A stretch of DNA of 60,188 nt from Bacteroidales bacterium. Its GTDB lineage: Bacteria > Bacteroidota > Bacteroidia > Bacteroidales > VadinHA17. Below the pieces are notes generated by a model. That model searched no databases. It was not told the origin of the DNA and saw only the letters and a list, made by a program, of their open reading frames with translations. The stretch is from positions 1-60,188 of the forward strand of contig JBGSLG010000093.1 of assembly GCA_041740815.1 (NCBI GenBank). Reading direction: 5' to 3'. The position numbers and the translations under genes were made by a program. Shown here piece after piece: positions 19,528 through 30,900 of this stretch (position 1 is its first letter; every line of letters begins with the position of its first letter).

Positions 19528-20277
19528 TTGACTTTTAAAGATCAGATAGATAAGAACAGGCTGCCAGGGCATGTTGCTGTTATTATGGACGGCAACGGAC
19601 GGTGGGCGCACAGGAGAGGCCAGGAGAGAATCTTCGGCCATAGCCACGGCGTCAGGTCCGTACGTAAAACAGTGGAGGCCGCTGCAGAGCTGGGGGTGAA
19701 ATATCTGACCCTTTACGCTTTCTCAACCGAAAACTGGAACAGGCCTGACGATGAGGTCTCGGCCCTCATGGATCTTATGGTTGAATCACTCAACGATGAG
19801 ACAAAGACCCTTATTGAAAAAGAGATAGCACTCAGGGTCATTGGCGATCTGGACCGTCTCTCGGCAAATGTCAGGGAGAGACTCTTTGAAACAATGCGTA
19901 TTACCTCGTCAGGCTCACGCATGACACTGATAGTGGCCCTCAGCTACTCATCACGGTGGGAGATCTGCGAGGCTTGCCGCCGTATAGCCACAGCGGTGCA
20001 AGAGGGGAAAATCAGCGTCGGTGACATCACCGAGGAGACCATCAGCGCTAACCTGGAGACCTCGGGCATACCCGACCCGGAACTTATGATACGAACCAGC
20101 GGAGAGAAACGCATAAGCAACTTTCTCCTGTGGCAGCTGGCTTATGCAGAACTTTATTTTACAGAAAAACTTTGGCCCGATTTTGGTAAGGAGGACTTTT
20201 ACAAAGCAGTGGCAGACTTCCAGAAAAGGGAAAGGAGATATGGTAAGACCAGTGAGCAGATCGCTGATAACAGATGA
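19528..20277 (+). CDS. uppS: Undecaprenyl diphosphate synthase
   Basis: HVAVIMDGNGRWA, YAFSTENW, RTSGEKRISNFLLWQ; TTG start at 19528. Confidence 0.97.
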   Translation: MTFKDQIDKNRLPGHVAVIMDGNGRWAHRRGQERIFGHSHGVRSVRKTVEAAAELGVKYLTLYAFSTENWNRPDDEVSALMDLMVESLNDETKTLIEKEIALRVIGDLDRLSANVRERLFETMRITSSGSRMTLIVALSYSSRWEICEACRRIATAVQEGKISVGDITEETISANLETSGIPDPELMIRTSGEKRISNFLLWQLAYAELYFTEKLWPDFGKEDFYKAVADFQKRERRYGKTSEQIADNR

Positions 20278-20278
20278 G

Positions 20279-22786
20279 ATGATGAAAGAAAGACCCATGC
20301 GGATAGTTTCCCTTTTTGCTTTGTTGCTTACAGGGTTGATTGCCACAGCCCAGACTGACGAGAAGTATGTCAATTACCTCTACCCGGAAGAGTATACCGT
20401 TGCCGGCATTACCATCTCCGGGGTCAAATTCCTGGAACCGAATGCCCTCATTGGCATCTCGGGACTTCGTATCGGCCAGAAGGTCGAGATTCCCGGCGAA
20501 CAGATCACCTCAGCGGTAAGAAAACTGTGGGACCAGGGACTCTTCTCCGATGTCAGGATCACCGTGACCGGCAAGGAAGGGGAAAACGTATGGCTGGATA
20601 TCTACCTCCAGGAAAGACCCAGGCTCTCATCGCTTAAATTCGAAGGGATAAAAAAATCGGAGGAGACCGACCTCAACGAGAAACTGAGCCTGCCCAACGG
20701 CTCACAGGTCACTGCTCACCTGCTCAACAGGGCCGAGCGGACCATCAAGGACCACTACATAGAGAAGGGCTTCCTCAATACCGAGGTGAACATCGTTCAG
20801 AAGGATGACCCTGACATGCCGAATAACGTGGTGCTCAATATCATTATCGACAAAAACGAAAAGGTCAAGATAGAGCAGATCCAGTTCGCGGGGAATGAAT
20901 TCTTCGACTCCAAGAGACTGCGGCGCGTGATGAAAAACACCAAGCAGAAAGACCTTAACATATTCAAGGGCTCGAAATACATAGAGGGCAAATTCGAAGA
21001 GGACCGCAGCAGCCTGGTGGAGTTCTACAATGAGAACGGGTTCCGCGACTTCCGCATCCTGGGAGATTCGACCTACAGCCTCGAAGACGGCAAGATGGTC
21101 CTTGTAGTGAAACTCAATGAAGGCAACCAGTATTACCTGAGGAACGTAGACTGGGTGGGTAACAGCATCTATTCGAAGGAACAGCTTAACAGGGTATTCA
21201 ACTTCCCCTCTGGCGAGATCTATAACCAGACAATGATCAGCAAGAGGCTCACCGATGATGAGGATGCCGTCAACTCACTCTACCTCAACTACGGTTATCT
21301 TTTCTCAAGGCTTACACCCATTGAAAAGAATGTGGAGGGCGATTCAATTGACCTCGAGGTGCGCATCTTCGAGGGAGACCCGGCCAACCTGAATAATGTG
21401 GTCATCAGCGGCAACACACGTACAAATGAGCATGTGGCACGGCGTGAGCTCTATACCAATCCGGGCGACCTCTTCAGCAAGGAGAATATCATCCGCTCGG
21501 TAAGACAGGTGGCAGTGCTTGGTCACTTTGACCCTGAGAAGATCAACCCGCAGCCCATCCCTGACCAGGTGAACGGCACCGTTGACCTGCTCTATGCACT
21601 TGAGGAGAAGGCAAATGACCAGTTCGAGATCTCCGGTGGCTGGGGGGCAGGAATGCTCGTCGGAACGGTAGGGGTGAGGTTCAATAACTTCGCAATGCGA
21701 AACTTCTTCAAATTGAGTGAGTGGAGACCATATCCCTCCGGCGACGGTCAGTCGCTGCAGATCAGAGCCCAGTCCAACGGACGCGTCTACCAGTCGTATA
21801 ACGTATCATTCATCGAACCGTGGCTCGGCGGCAAGAAACCAAACACCCTGTCGCTGTCAGCCTTCCGCTCACTGATGACCAACGGGTCCAAAAAGGGAGA
21901 GGATGACAGGCAGCACATGATCATCGACGGCGGCTCAGTGGGGTTCGGCAAGAGGCTGGAGTGGCCCGATGACTATTTCTCTGTCTTTTATGAGGCCAGC
22001 TATCAGAGGTACAGCATGTACAACTATACATACTACCAGTTCCTCTTTGACAACGGAACCTCAAACCTCGCATCACTCACCGCAAGGCTGACCCGCTTCT
22101 CGGCCGGACCAAACACCATCTTCCCGCGCAGCGGCTCAACATTCTCTCTCTCGCTTCAGGCAACACCCCCCTACTCATCAATAAGCGGCAAGAATATGTC
22201 AGGCATCTCTGATGAGGAAAAATACAAGTGGATTGAGTTTTATAAGGTAGTATTCAAGGCCGACTATTATTTCCCGCTTTCAGGCAATGACAAACTCATC
22301 CTTAACGCCAAGGCTGCATTCGGGTATCTCGGTTTTTACAACAAGGACATCGGTCCCTCACCGTTTGAGAACTTCTACGTCGGAGGCGACGGTATGACCG
22401 GATATAGCTTCTATGGCCGCGAGGTCATCGCCCTGCGAGGATACACCAACGGATCGCTTACCCCCACGGTATTGAAGGAAGGCAGGGTTGTTGAGGCAGG
22501 TAACGTCTATTCAAAGATGACGCTCGAGCTTCGTTACCCGATCTCCCTCAACCCACAGGCAACAATCTACGGACTCGCATTCCTTGAGGCCGGGAAAGCC
22601 TGGTATGACATACGCGACTACAATCCGTTCAAGATGAACCGCTCCGCAGGGATAGGCCTGAGAGCGAACCTGCCGATGTTCGGACTCCTGGGAATTGACT
22701 GGGGCTACGGGTTTGACCCCGCGGTGTCCGGAAGGGCAGATGATTCAGGCAGCCAGTTTCACTTCGTAATAGGTCAGCAATTCTGA
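20279..22786 (+). CDS. bamA: Outer membrane protein assembly factor BamA
   Basis: POTRA repeats, LRGY motif, C-terminal FHFVIGQQF; start at ATG 20279 or 20297. Confidence 0.96.
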   Translation: MMKERPMRIVSLFALLLTGLIATAQTDEKYVNYLYPEEYTVAGITISGVKFLEPNALIGISGLRIGQKVEIPGEQITSAVRKLWDQGLFSDVRITVTGKEGENVWLDIYLQERPRLSSLKFEGIKKSEETDLNEKLSLPNGSQVTAHLLNRAERTIKDHYIEKGFLNTEVNIVQKDDPDMPNNVVLNIIIDKNEKVKIEQIQFAGNEFFDSKRLRRVMKNTKQKDLNIFKGSKYIEGKFEEDRSSLVEFYNENGFRDFRILGDSTYSLEDGKMVLVVKLNEGNQYYLRNVDWVGNSIYSKEQLNRVFNFPSGEIYNQTMISKRLTDDEDAVNSLYLNYGYLFSRLTPIEKNVEGDSIDLEVRIFEGDPANLNNVVISGNTRTNEHVARRELYTNPGDLFSKENIIRSVRQVAVLGHFDPEKINPQPIPDQVNGTVDLLYALEEKANDQFEISGGWGAGMLVGTVGVRFNNFAMRNFFKLSEWRPYPSGDGQSLQIRAQSNGRVYQSYNVSFIEPWLGGKKPNTLSLSAFRSLMTNGSKKGEDDRQHMIIDGGSVGFGKRLEWPDDYFSVFYEASYQRYSMYNYTYYQFLFDNGTSNLASLTARLTRFSAGPNTIFPRSGSTFSLSLQATPPYSSISGKNMSGISDEEKYKWIEFYKVVFKADYYFPLSGNDKLILNAKAAFGYLGFYNKDIGPSPFENFYVGGDGMTGYSFYGREVIALRGYTNGSLTPTVLKEGRVVEAGNVYSKMTLELRYPISLNPQATIYGLAFLEAGKAWYDIRDYNPFKMNRSAGIGLRANLPMFGLLGIDWGYGFDPAVSGRADDSGSQFHFVIGQQF

Positions 22787-22813
22787 GTAAGATAACAATC
22801 AAATAAAAATGCA

Positions 22814-23329
22814 ATGAAGAAGATCATTATCATGACAGTACTGGTGCTCACCGCCTCATTCAGCGGTATGGCACAGAAGTTCGCTTTCGTTGACAGCGAA
22901 TATATAAGGAACAACATACCCGCCTTTACGGCAGCCCAGCAGCAGCTTGACAAACTGTCAGAAGGATGGGAGAAAGAGGTAGCTGACGGCTATGCAGCCG
23001 TTGAACAGTTGTACAAGGATTACCAGGCAGAAGTGGTACTTCTGTCACAGGACCAGAAGAAGAAAAGGGAAGAGACAATCATTGCCAGGGAGAAAGAGGT
23101 GAAGGACCTCCAGAATACCTATTTCGGCATGGAGGGCGAACTCTACAAGAAACGCGAGGAGCTGGTCAAACCAATCCAGGACGAGATATTGAAGGCCATT
23201 AAGGAGATATCCGTAGAGGGCAGCTACGCAGTCATCTTTGACACCTCGGCAGGGTCAAACATACTGTTTGCCAACCCCAGATATGACCTCTCCGACCAGG
23301 TATTACAGAAGTTAGGTTATAAGAATTAA
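22814..23329 (+). CDS. skp: OmpH/Skp chaperone
   Basis: AQKFAFVDSEYI, coiled coil, YDLSDQVL. Confidence 0.92.
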   Translation: MKKIIIMTVLVLTASFSGMAQKFAFVDSEYIRNNIPAFTAAQQQLDKLSEGWEKEVADGYAAVEQLYKDYQAEVVLLSQDQKKKREETIIAREKEVKDLQNTYFGMEGELYKKREELVKPIQDEILKAIKEISVEGSYAVIFDTSAGSNILFANPRYDLSDQVLQKLGYKN

Positions 23330-23367
23330 ATAATTACATTTGCACGATTAAATTGAAAAACAAGACA

Positions 23368-23880
23368 ATGAAGAAAGTATTTGGTATACTCCTGTTTGCT
23401 GCACTGTTGTTTACAGCACAGGAAGGATTTGCGCAGTCATTCAAGACAGGCCATATCAACAGGGATGACATCATCATGACTATGCCTGAGTATGACACAG
23501 CTATGAAACAGTATAATGCATACGGACAGGAGCTTACAAATGCTTTGGAGCTGATGCAGGTTGAGTACAACAATAAGCTCGACCAGTATGTTAAGGACAG
23601 CAAGAACCTCACTGACCTGGTTAAGGCCAACAAGGAGCAGGAACTGGCTGACATGCAGAACCGCATCAACAACTTCCAGCAGCAGGCACAGGTACAGCTT
23701 CAGGACAGGCAGGCAGAGCTTCTGAATCCTATCATCGAGAAGGCTACACAGGCTATCAATGCAGTTGCAAAGGACGGAGGATACATATATATATATGATG
23801 TCCGCACCCTTGTATATGTTGATACTGTGAAGAGCACTGACATCACACCGCTGGTGAAAGCCAAGCTGGGGGTCAAGTAA
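23368..23880 (+). CDS. OmpH/Skp chaperone paralog
   Basis: KTGHIN, PIIEKA, DITPLVKAKLG; start placed at ATG 23368. Confidence 0.9.
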   Translation: MKKVFGILLFAALLFTAQEGFAQSFKTGHINRDDIIMTMPEYDTAMKQYNAYGQELTNALELMQVEYNNKLDQYVKDSKNLTDLVKANKEQELADMQNRINNFQQQAQVQLQDRQAELLNPIIEKATQAINAVAKDGGYIYIYDVRTLVYVDTVKSTDITPLVKAKLGVK

Positions 23881-23903
23881 TTCAGACTGAACAGTAATAA
23901 TAT

Positions 23904-23934
23904 GGCTGCTCATCTGAAGGGCAGCCTTTATTTT
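23904..23934 (+). terminator. Putative intrinsic terminator
   Basis: GGCTGCTC-atctgaa-GGGCAGCC followed by TTTATTTT. Confidence 0.65.
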
Positions 23935-23942
23935 AAATAATT

Positions 23943-24749
23943 ATGGAAGCCAGGAACCGCCCAATCGGCGTATTTGACTCAGGTGTGGGAGGCCTCACGG
24001 TGGCACATGCCATCAGGCAGACCCTGCCGGGTGAACGTATCATCTACTTCGGAGATACAGCCCACCTGCCATACGGCGATAAGTCTGAGGAGGCAATCAG
24101 AAGCTACTCGAGGCGCATAACGGAATTCCTTATCGGGTATGATGCCAAGCTGGTTCTCATAGCGTGCAACTCAGCCTCAGCCTCGGCCTATGAGAGCCTG
24201 CTGGAGGAGTTTGGCGACAGGATACTCATCCTCGATGTCATCAACCCGGTGGTTGAATATGTCTCCGCCCGCAATTACGGGAAGCTGGGAGTCATCGGAA
24301 CCAAGCGGACAATCAGCTCAGGCACCTATGAGAAGAAGATTCACGCGGCTGCCCCGTCAACCGCTGTGGTGTCACTGGCCACCCCGCTGCTTGTTCCAAT
24401 GATTGAGGAGGGATTCATCTTTGATGACATCAGCAACGCTATCATACGTACCTATCTTTCAGACAGCAGGTTGCATAACCTGAACGCACTTATACTGGGA
24501 TGCACCCATTACCCCATTATCGGCAACCAGATCAGCAAGTTCTTCAACTTTGACGTTGAAGTGGTTGACTCTGCACGCATCGTGGCTGCCAGGCTGAAGG
24601 AGACACTCATCAAGCATGACCTTGTCAACAACGGTGTTACCGGCGAGGATCTCTTTTTCGTCTCTGACTACACCGAATATTTCGAGAAGATCGCAAGGAT
24701 GTTCTTTGAAAGTACAATCAACCTTCAGAAGGCTGACATCTGGTCATGA
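23943..24749 (+). CDS. murI: Glutamate racemase
   Basis: FDSGVGGLTV, PYG, IACNS, LGCTHYP. Confidence 0.97.
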   Translation: MEARNRPIGVFDSGVGGLTVAHAIRQTLPGERIIYFGDTAHLPYGDKSEEAIRSYSRRITEFLIGYDAKLVLIACNSASASAYESLLEEFGDRILILDVINPVVEYVSARNYGKLGVIGTKRTISSGTYEKKIHAAAPSTAVVSLATPLLVPMIEEGFIFDDISNAIIRTYLSDSRLHNLNALILGCTHYPIIGNQISKFFNFDVEVVDSARIVAARLKETLIKHDLVNNGVTGEDLFFVSDYTEYFEKIARMFFESTINLQKADIWS

Positions 24750-24849
24750 TACCGCTCAGGCAACCGGGGATAGTTATACCGCTCAGGCGACCATAGGTCA
24801 GGATACCGATCAGGCAACAATAGGTGGTGATATAGCTCCGGCAACCATG
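24742..24849. repeat. Degenerate 27-bp tandem repeat x4 starting at the murI stop
   Basis: Consensus close to GGTCANGATACCGCTCAGGCAACCATA. Confidence 0.85.
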
Positions 24850-25017
24850 CAATGCCACTCTCCGGTGCCCGGATATCTGCCTGCTGATAAATCATTTAAC
24901 CGGTCACTACAAACATGACCAAAATCATACAGTTATATCAGTGTATTACTGAACTTCGCTTCATCAAACCGGTTATTATTATATAGTACTAATCAAAACA
25001 AATACGTGGCTAACATC

Positions 25018-26862
25018 ATGGGAAAAAGATCAAAAGTCATTGAGAAAGATGCGGTGGTGATCAAGTTCTCAGGCGACTCCGGAGACGGGATGCAGCTGAC
25101 CGGCACCCTCTTCTCCAATACGTCGGCCCTGTTCGGACATGACATATCCACCTTCCCCGATTATCCGGCAGAGATAAGGGCTCCGCAGGGTACCGTGGGA
25201 GGTGTCTCCGGCTTCCAGGTACACATTGGTCATAAGCTGATCAACACACCCGGTGACTTTGCCGACATCCTCGTGGCGATGAACCCTGCTGCCATACGTG
25301 CCAACGCACGCTGGCTCAAGAAGGGCTCAACAATTATATATGACTCTGATAATTTCTCGGAAAAGCATATACAGCGTGCAGGTTACAAGGAAGATCCTTT
25401 TAAAGAGGACAAGCTTGATGCAATGAACCTCATAGCTGCGCCCATAACCTCACTGGTGAAGGAGGCACTCAAGGATATGGATATTGATCCCAAGTCAGTG
25501 CTCAGGACCAAGAATATGTTTGCTCTCGGAATAGTCTACTGGCTCTTCGACAGCAAACTCAAATACACTGAAGACTTTATTGAAGAGAAGTTCGGCAAGA
25601 AGCCTCTCGTGGCTGAAGCCAACAGCAAGGTGCTGAGGGCCGGCTACTACTATGCCGAGACCATTGAGGCGCTCACTCCCTCATATCATGTCAGTCCGGC
25701 TCCAATAGCAAAAGGCACCTACCGTAATATCAACGGCAACCAGGCTACCGCATGGGGCCTGCTCGCCGCTGCCGAGAAGGCTGGTCTCAAGGTCTTCATA
25801 GGCTCATACCCCATCACCCCCGCCACCGGCATCCTTGAAGAGCTGGCTTTGCGGAAAGACCTGGGTGTCAAGAGTCTGCAGGCTGAGGATGAGATTGCCG
25901 GCATCTGCACGGCCATTGGCGCCAGTTTCGTCGGCCGCCTTGCAGTGACGTCCACCTCCGGACCGGGTCTCGCACTCAAGTCCGAGGCCCTGAACCTGGC
26001 AGTGATGACCGAACTGCCACTGGTAGTGATTGACGTTCAGAGAGCAGGTCCGTCAACCGGACTCCCCACCAAGACCGAGCAGTCTGACCTCTGGCAGGCC
26101 CTCTATGGCCGTAACGGGGAGAGCCCCGTGCCGGTGATCGCCGCAGGTACACCCCGCGACTGCTTTACCTTTGCATTCCAGGCAGCGAAGATAGCCGTTG
26201 AATACATGACACCGGTGATACTTCTAACTGACAGCTACCTGGCTAACGGATCGGAGCCGTGGAAGATCCCCTCAATGAAGGATATGCCTCCCGTTACCGT
26301 CCCATGGGCCGTCAAAACCGACAAGGAATACCTGCCCTATGAAAGGGACCCGAAAAACCTCGCCCGTAAGTGGGCAGTACCCGGAACACCGGGACTCGAG
26401 CACCGCATCGGCGGCCTCGAGAAGACAATCAAGGGCAGCGTCTCGTATACACCCGAAAACCATGAGTACATGGTCAGAATGCGCGATGAAAAGGTTGAAC
26501 GCATAGTGACAGATGTGCCTGACCTTGAGGTACATGGAAAGAAGACCGGCGATCTGCTCGTCATCGGTTGGGGAAGCACCTACGGACAAATCTATACCGC
26601 AGTCAGCGAACTGCAGGACGAGGGATATAAGGTATCGGCAGCACACTTCAACTATATCAGACCACTGCCTAAAAACACCGCCAAGGTGTTCAAGGCTTAT
26701 AAGAAACTGGTTGTATGTGAACTGAACACCGGACAGTTTGCCAACTACCTGCGGATGAAACACCAGAAGTTCGACTATCATCAGTATAATAAGATACAGG
26801 GACTTCCATTCACAATCGGAGAGATTAAGGATTATTGTAAAAAATTGCTGGAGGGTAAATAA
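25018..26862 (+). CDS. korA: 2-oxoacid:ferredoxin oxidoreductase alpha subunit
   Basis: GDSGDGMQLTG, YPITPAT, QAEDEIA, DVQRAGPSTGLPT; substrate not proven. Confidence 0.93.
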   Translation: MGKRSKVIEKDAVVIKFSGDSGDGMQLTGTLFSNTSALFGHDISTFPDYPAEIRAPQGTVGGVSGFQVHIGHKLINTPGDFADILVAMNPAAIRANARWLKKGSTIIYDSDNFSEKHIQRAGYKEDPFKEDKLDAMNLIAAPITSLVKEALKDMDIDPKSVLRTKNMFALGIVYWLFDSKLKYTEDFIEEKFGKKPLVAEANSKVLRAGYYYAETIEALTPSYHVSPAPIAKGTYRNINGNQATAWGLLAAAEKAGLKVFIGSYPITPATGILEELALRKDLGVKSLQAEDEIAGICTAIGASFVGRLAVTSTSGPGLALKSEALNLAVMTELPLVVIDVQRAGPSTGLPTKTEQSDLWQALYGRNGESPVPVIAAGTPRDCFTFAFQAAKIAVEYMTPVILLTDSYLANGSEPWKIPSMKDMPPVTVPWAVKTDKEYLPYERDPKNLARKWAVPGTPGLEHRIGGLEKTIKGSVSYTPENHEYMVRMRDEKVERIVTDVPDLEVHGKKTGDLLVIGWGSTYGQIYTAVSELQDEGYKVSAAHFNYIRPLPKNTAKVFKAYKKLVVCELNTGQFANYLRMKHQKFDYHQYNKIQGLPFTIGEIKDYCKKLLEGK

Positions 26863-26863
26863 C

Positions 26864-27886
26864 ATGGCTGATACAACTAATAACCACTACGTTGCAAAGG
26901 ATTTCAAGAGCGACCAGGAAGTAAGATGGTGCCCGGGCTGCGGTGATCACGGGATACTCTCCTCACTGCAGAAGACAATGGCCGAACTGGATATTCCCAA
27001 GGAAAAATATGTCTTCGTCTCCGGAATCGGATGTTCGTCGCGCCTGCCCTATTATATGAATACCTACGGCTTCCACGGCATCCACGGCAGGGCAGCTGCC
27101 ATAGCCACGGGCGTAAAGATTGCCAATCCCGACCTCCAGGTCTGGGAGATGACCGGTGACGGCGACGCGCTGGCTATCGGGGGTAACCACTACATCCATG
27201 CGATAAGACGCAACATTGACATAAAGATCATCCTCTTCAACAATGAGATCTACGGACTCACCAAAGGACAGTATTCTCCTACATCAAAGAAGGGTCTTGT
27301 AACCAAGACATCACCCTACGGAACCATCGAGGAGGCCTTTAAGATAGGCGAACTGACAATCGGTGCCAACGGACGCTTCTTTGCCCGCACCGTTGATTAT
27401 AACCTGCAGCTCTCCAACGAGGTATATAAGGAGGCAGCAGCTTTCCACGGCACCGCTGTGGTGGAGGTCATCCAGAACTGCGTCATCTTCAATGACGGAG
27501 TCCATGATATCATCACCAACAAGGAGACAAGGGATGACAATACAATTGTGCTCCATCACGGCCAGCCGATGATCTTCGGCAAAAACCGCGACAAGGGCAT
27601 CATACTGGTGAACCTCAAGCTGAAGGTGGTCACACTGGGCCAGGGAGGCATTACGGAGAAGGACCTGCTTGTTCATGACGCCCATGAACCTAATCCCGGA
27701 ATCCACTACAGGCTTGCCGGCATGACCTATCCTGAATATCCGGTGGCCCTGGGTGTGATACGGGCTATCAATGCCCAGACCTATGACGGAGCCATGGTTG
27801 AACAGCACACAAAGGTTCAGGCAGCATCGAAAATCAAGACAATGGATGACCTGCTGATGAGCGGACCAACCTGGAAGGTTAAGTAA
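26864..27886 (+). CDS. korB: 2-oxoacid:ferredoxin oxidoreductase beta subunit
   Basis: WCPGCGD, SGIGCSSR, GDGD..NN TPP motif, YGLTKGQYSPT. Confidence 0.93.
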   Translation: MADTTNNHYVAKDFKSDQEVRWCPGCGDHGILSSLQKTMAELDIPKEKYVFVSGIGCSSRLPYYMNTYGFHGIHGRAAAIATGVKIANPDLQVWEMTGDGDALAIGGNHYIHAIRRNIDIKIILFNNEIYGLTKGQYSPTSKKGLVTKTSPYGTIEEAFKIGELTIGANGRFFARTVDYNLQLSNEVYKEAAAFHGTAVVEVIQNCVIFNDGVHDIITNKETRDDNTIVLHHGQPMIFGKNRDKGIILVNLKLKVVTLGQGGITEKDLLVHDAHEPNPGIHYRLAGMTYPEYPVALGVIRAINAQTYDGAMVEQHTKVQAASKIKTMDDLLMSGPTWKVK

Positions 27887-27964
27887 AAGGAGCATTACCC
27901 TGCCGGGGCTATCTATCTTAATCTATTTTGCTAATTTTGGCACCTGTAATTATCTGATGCCTGA

Positions 27965-30900
27965 ATGACTGAACACCCTGATACCGGGACCGGTTTTGTC
28001 CGTGATATACATGACCAGGAAGAGCGCCTGAAGGAACTGGCTTGTATCAACCGGACCACACAAATACTCAAGGAGCGAAAACCCCTCGAGGAGACCCTCA
28101 TGCACCTCGTGCTGACGCTCCCCGGAGCATGGCAGTACCCTGATTATACAACGGCCCGCATCAGGTACCTCGACAGGTCATTTGAGTCGCCGGGATTTGT
28201 TGAGACAAACTGGAAACTGATACAGGAATTTACTACAATCGACGGCAAAGGCACCGTTGAGATATACTACACACGTGAGTTCCTGAGTGAATTTGAAGGC
28301 CCCTTCATGAAGGAGGAGCGGGACCTGATCAATAACTTTGCAGGATTGGTGACCGGGTACATTAACAGCCTGGTGGCAACCGAATCAGAGCTCAGGCCTG
28401 ATGACGGGTCCGACGATCTGGAGGATATAAAAGGCCTTTCAAGCCGTAAGCTGCTGCAGAAGTTTCTTGACCGGCATAATGCAGAGAGAGATGTTTTCCA
28501 TGACCTTATGCCATTCATGGTCAGGGAGATACTACTTGTTGCCAGCCTCTATGACGCATACTCAATAGAGGGCGAGGGCCGTTTCTCAGATCATATGCTC
28601 GGCGAGTATTACCAGATGAGCCTCACCACTCTCCCCAGGATAACAGGCGTTTCGGGTGAGGATGAGGCCTTCTCACGCCTCGGGGTGCGTCACTATGACA
28701 TGATCATCATAATGGTGGGCGTTGACAAGAGCAACCCCATGAGCCTCTGCCGCAAGATAAAGGAGAGATACCCCTACATCCCAACATTCCTGCTCCTCAA
28801 TAACCCCGGTGACATCCCCTTCGTCCAGGAACAGAAGGTGCTCGGTGTTCCCTTTGACAATTACTTCGTCTGGACAGGCGAATCAAAGGTCTTCTTCGCC
28901 ATGGCAAAGCTGCTGGAAGACCAGGTAAATGTGGAAAACGATACCAAAAAAGGCCTGACGGGGGTCATACTTATAATTGAGGATGCCGCAGACTACTACT
29001 CCACCTATGTGCCGATGCTTTACACCCTGGTGCTGGAACAGACACGCATACTTATCGAGGATGTCTCCTCTGACGAGCTCTATAAGGTCCTCAAGCTCAG
29101 GGCCAGGCCCAAGATCCTCCTTGCAACCACATGGGAGGAGGCAATGTCAATCTATGCCAAGTACAAGGACAGGCTCCTGGGAGTCATCTCTGACATGCGG
29201 TTCCCGCGAAACGGTGTTCTCAATGACAAGGCCGGTTTCGACCTCATAACCCACATACGCGGGGAACAGGCAAACCTGCCTACACTGCTGCAGTCGTCAG
29301 ACCCCGGCAATGCCGTCTATGCCGCACAGCTCAAGGCGAGCTTCATAAACAAGAACTCCGAGACACTGCTTCAGGACCTGAAATCGTTCATTACATACTA
29401 CCTCGGGTTCGGCCATTTTGTCTACCGTGACACCAAGGGGAGACAGATAGCTGTAGCCAAGTCGATGAAGGAGTTCGAGGCGTTCCTCAAGACAGTTCCC
29501 GAAGACTCGCTGGTCTATCACGCCATGAAGAACAGCTTCTCACTCTGGCTCATGGCCAGGGGAGAGGTGAAGATCGCCAAGATCATCAACCCCGTCAGGA
29601 TATCCGACTTTCGCAGCCTGAAGGATATGCGCGAGTTCCTCATTGACGTCATCCGCAAGCGGAGGAGGGAGATGAACAAGGGCAAGGTGGTCAACTTTGA
29701 TGAGTCCGTGATGATTGATGAGTCCAACGTGGTCAGCCTTGCCGGCGGATCACTCGGAGGCAAGGGCCGTGGCCTGGCATTCGTCAGCACACTGATACAC
29801 AGCTTTGAACTGGGGCGCCTGCTCCCCGGCATCAATATCAAGACACCCGTCACAGCAATCATCGGCACTGACGAGTTTGACCACTTCATGGAGAGCAACC
29901 ATATGTGGGAGGTGGTGAACAGGGAGAAGGACTTTGACGAACTGCAGAAACAGTTCCTGGCAGGCAGCCTCAGCAGCGCCCTTGAGCAGAAGCTAAGGGT
30001 CTTCATCAGACTCTTTAGCCAGCCTCTGGCGGTACGGTCATCAAGCCTCTTCGAGGACTCCCTAAGCCAGCCCTTCTCGGGTGTGTTCGGTACATACCTT
30101 CTGCCCAACAACCACCCTGACCCGGAGGTGAGGCTCAGGCAGCTGATCGGAGCCATCAAGCTTGTGTTCTCTTCAATCTATTCAGATAACTCGCGCATCT
30201 ATTTCGAAGCCATAAACTATAAGATCGAACAGGAGAAGATGGCTGTGGTGATCCAGGCTGTTGTGGGAAAGAGGTATGATGACATCTTCTATCCCCATAT
30301 CAGCGGGACGGCGCAGTCATTCAACTTCTATCCCGTCGCCAACATGACGCCTCATGACGGTTTCGCCGTGGCGGCGGTAGGACTGGGGCAGTACGTGCTT
30401 GACGGCGAGAGGGCCTTCAGGTTCTCACCCTCATTTCCGGCCCTTGACATTGTGTCAATAGATGACCTGATACGTTATTCGCAGGTCGAATTCTACGCAA
30501 TCAACCTTGGGAGGAAGGATATTGATCTCCTTCAGGGAGAGAATGCCGGCCTGGTGAAGCTTGACATCAGCAGGGCCGAGGCTGACGGCGTCCTAAAACA
30601 TTGCGCCTCGGTTTTCAGCATGGACAATGACACAGTCTCACCGGGGCTTGATGTAGCCGGACCCCGCGTGATCAACTTTGCCAACATCCTCAAGTATGAT
30701 TATATCCCACTGGCCCCAACCCTTAAGAAGGTGCTGGAAGTGGTCAGAGAGGCTTTCGGTGCCCCCGTTGAGATAGAGTTTGCCGTCGACCTCACCAGGG
30801 ATGAGAATGACAGGGCATCGTTCTACCTGCTGCAGATAAAGCCTCTGGTTGGCAGCGGCGCCGGTTATGCAATTGACCCTGAAACAGTCTATACCGATGA

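Noticed and set aside
19414..20278. Long N-terminal extensions of uppS and bamA in the ORF track (similarly folE, skp, nitroreductase)
   Set aside because: They overlap upstream genes or promoters; downstream starts fit the family N-termini
24616..24918. 100-aa ORF with 9-aa repeats
   Set aside because: Overlaps murI out of frame; it stays open only because the 27-bp repeat period is a multiple of three
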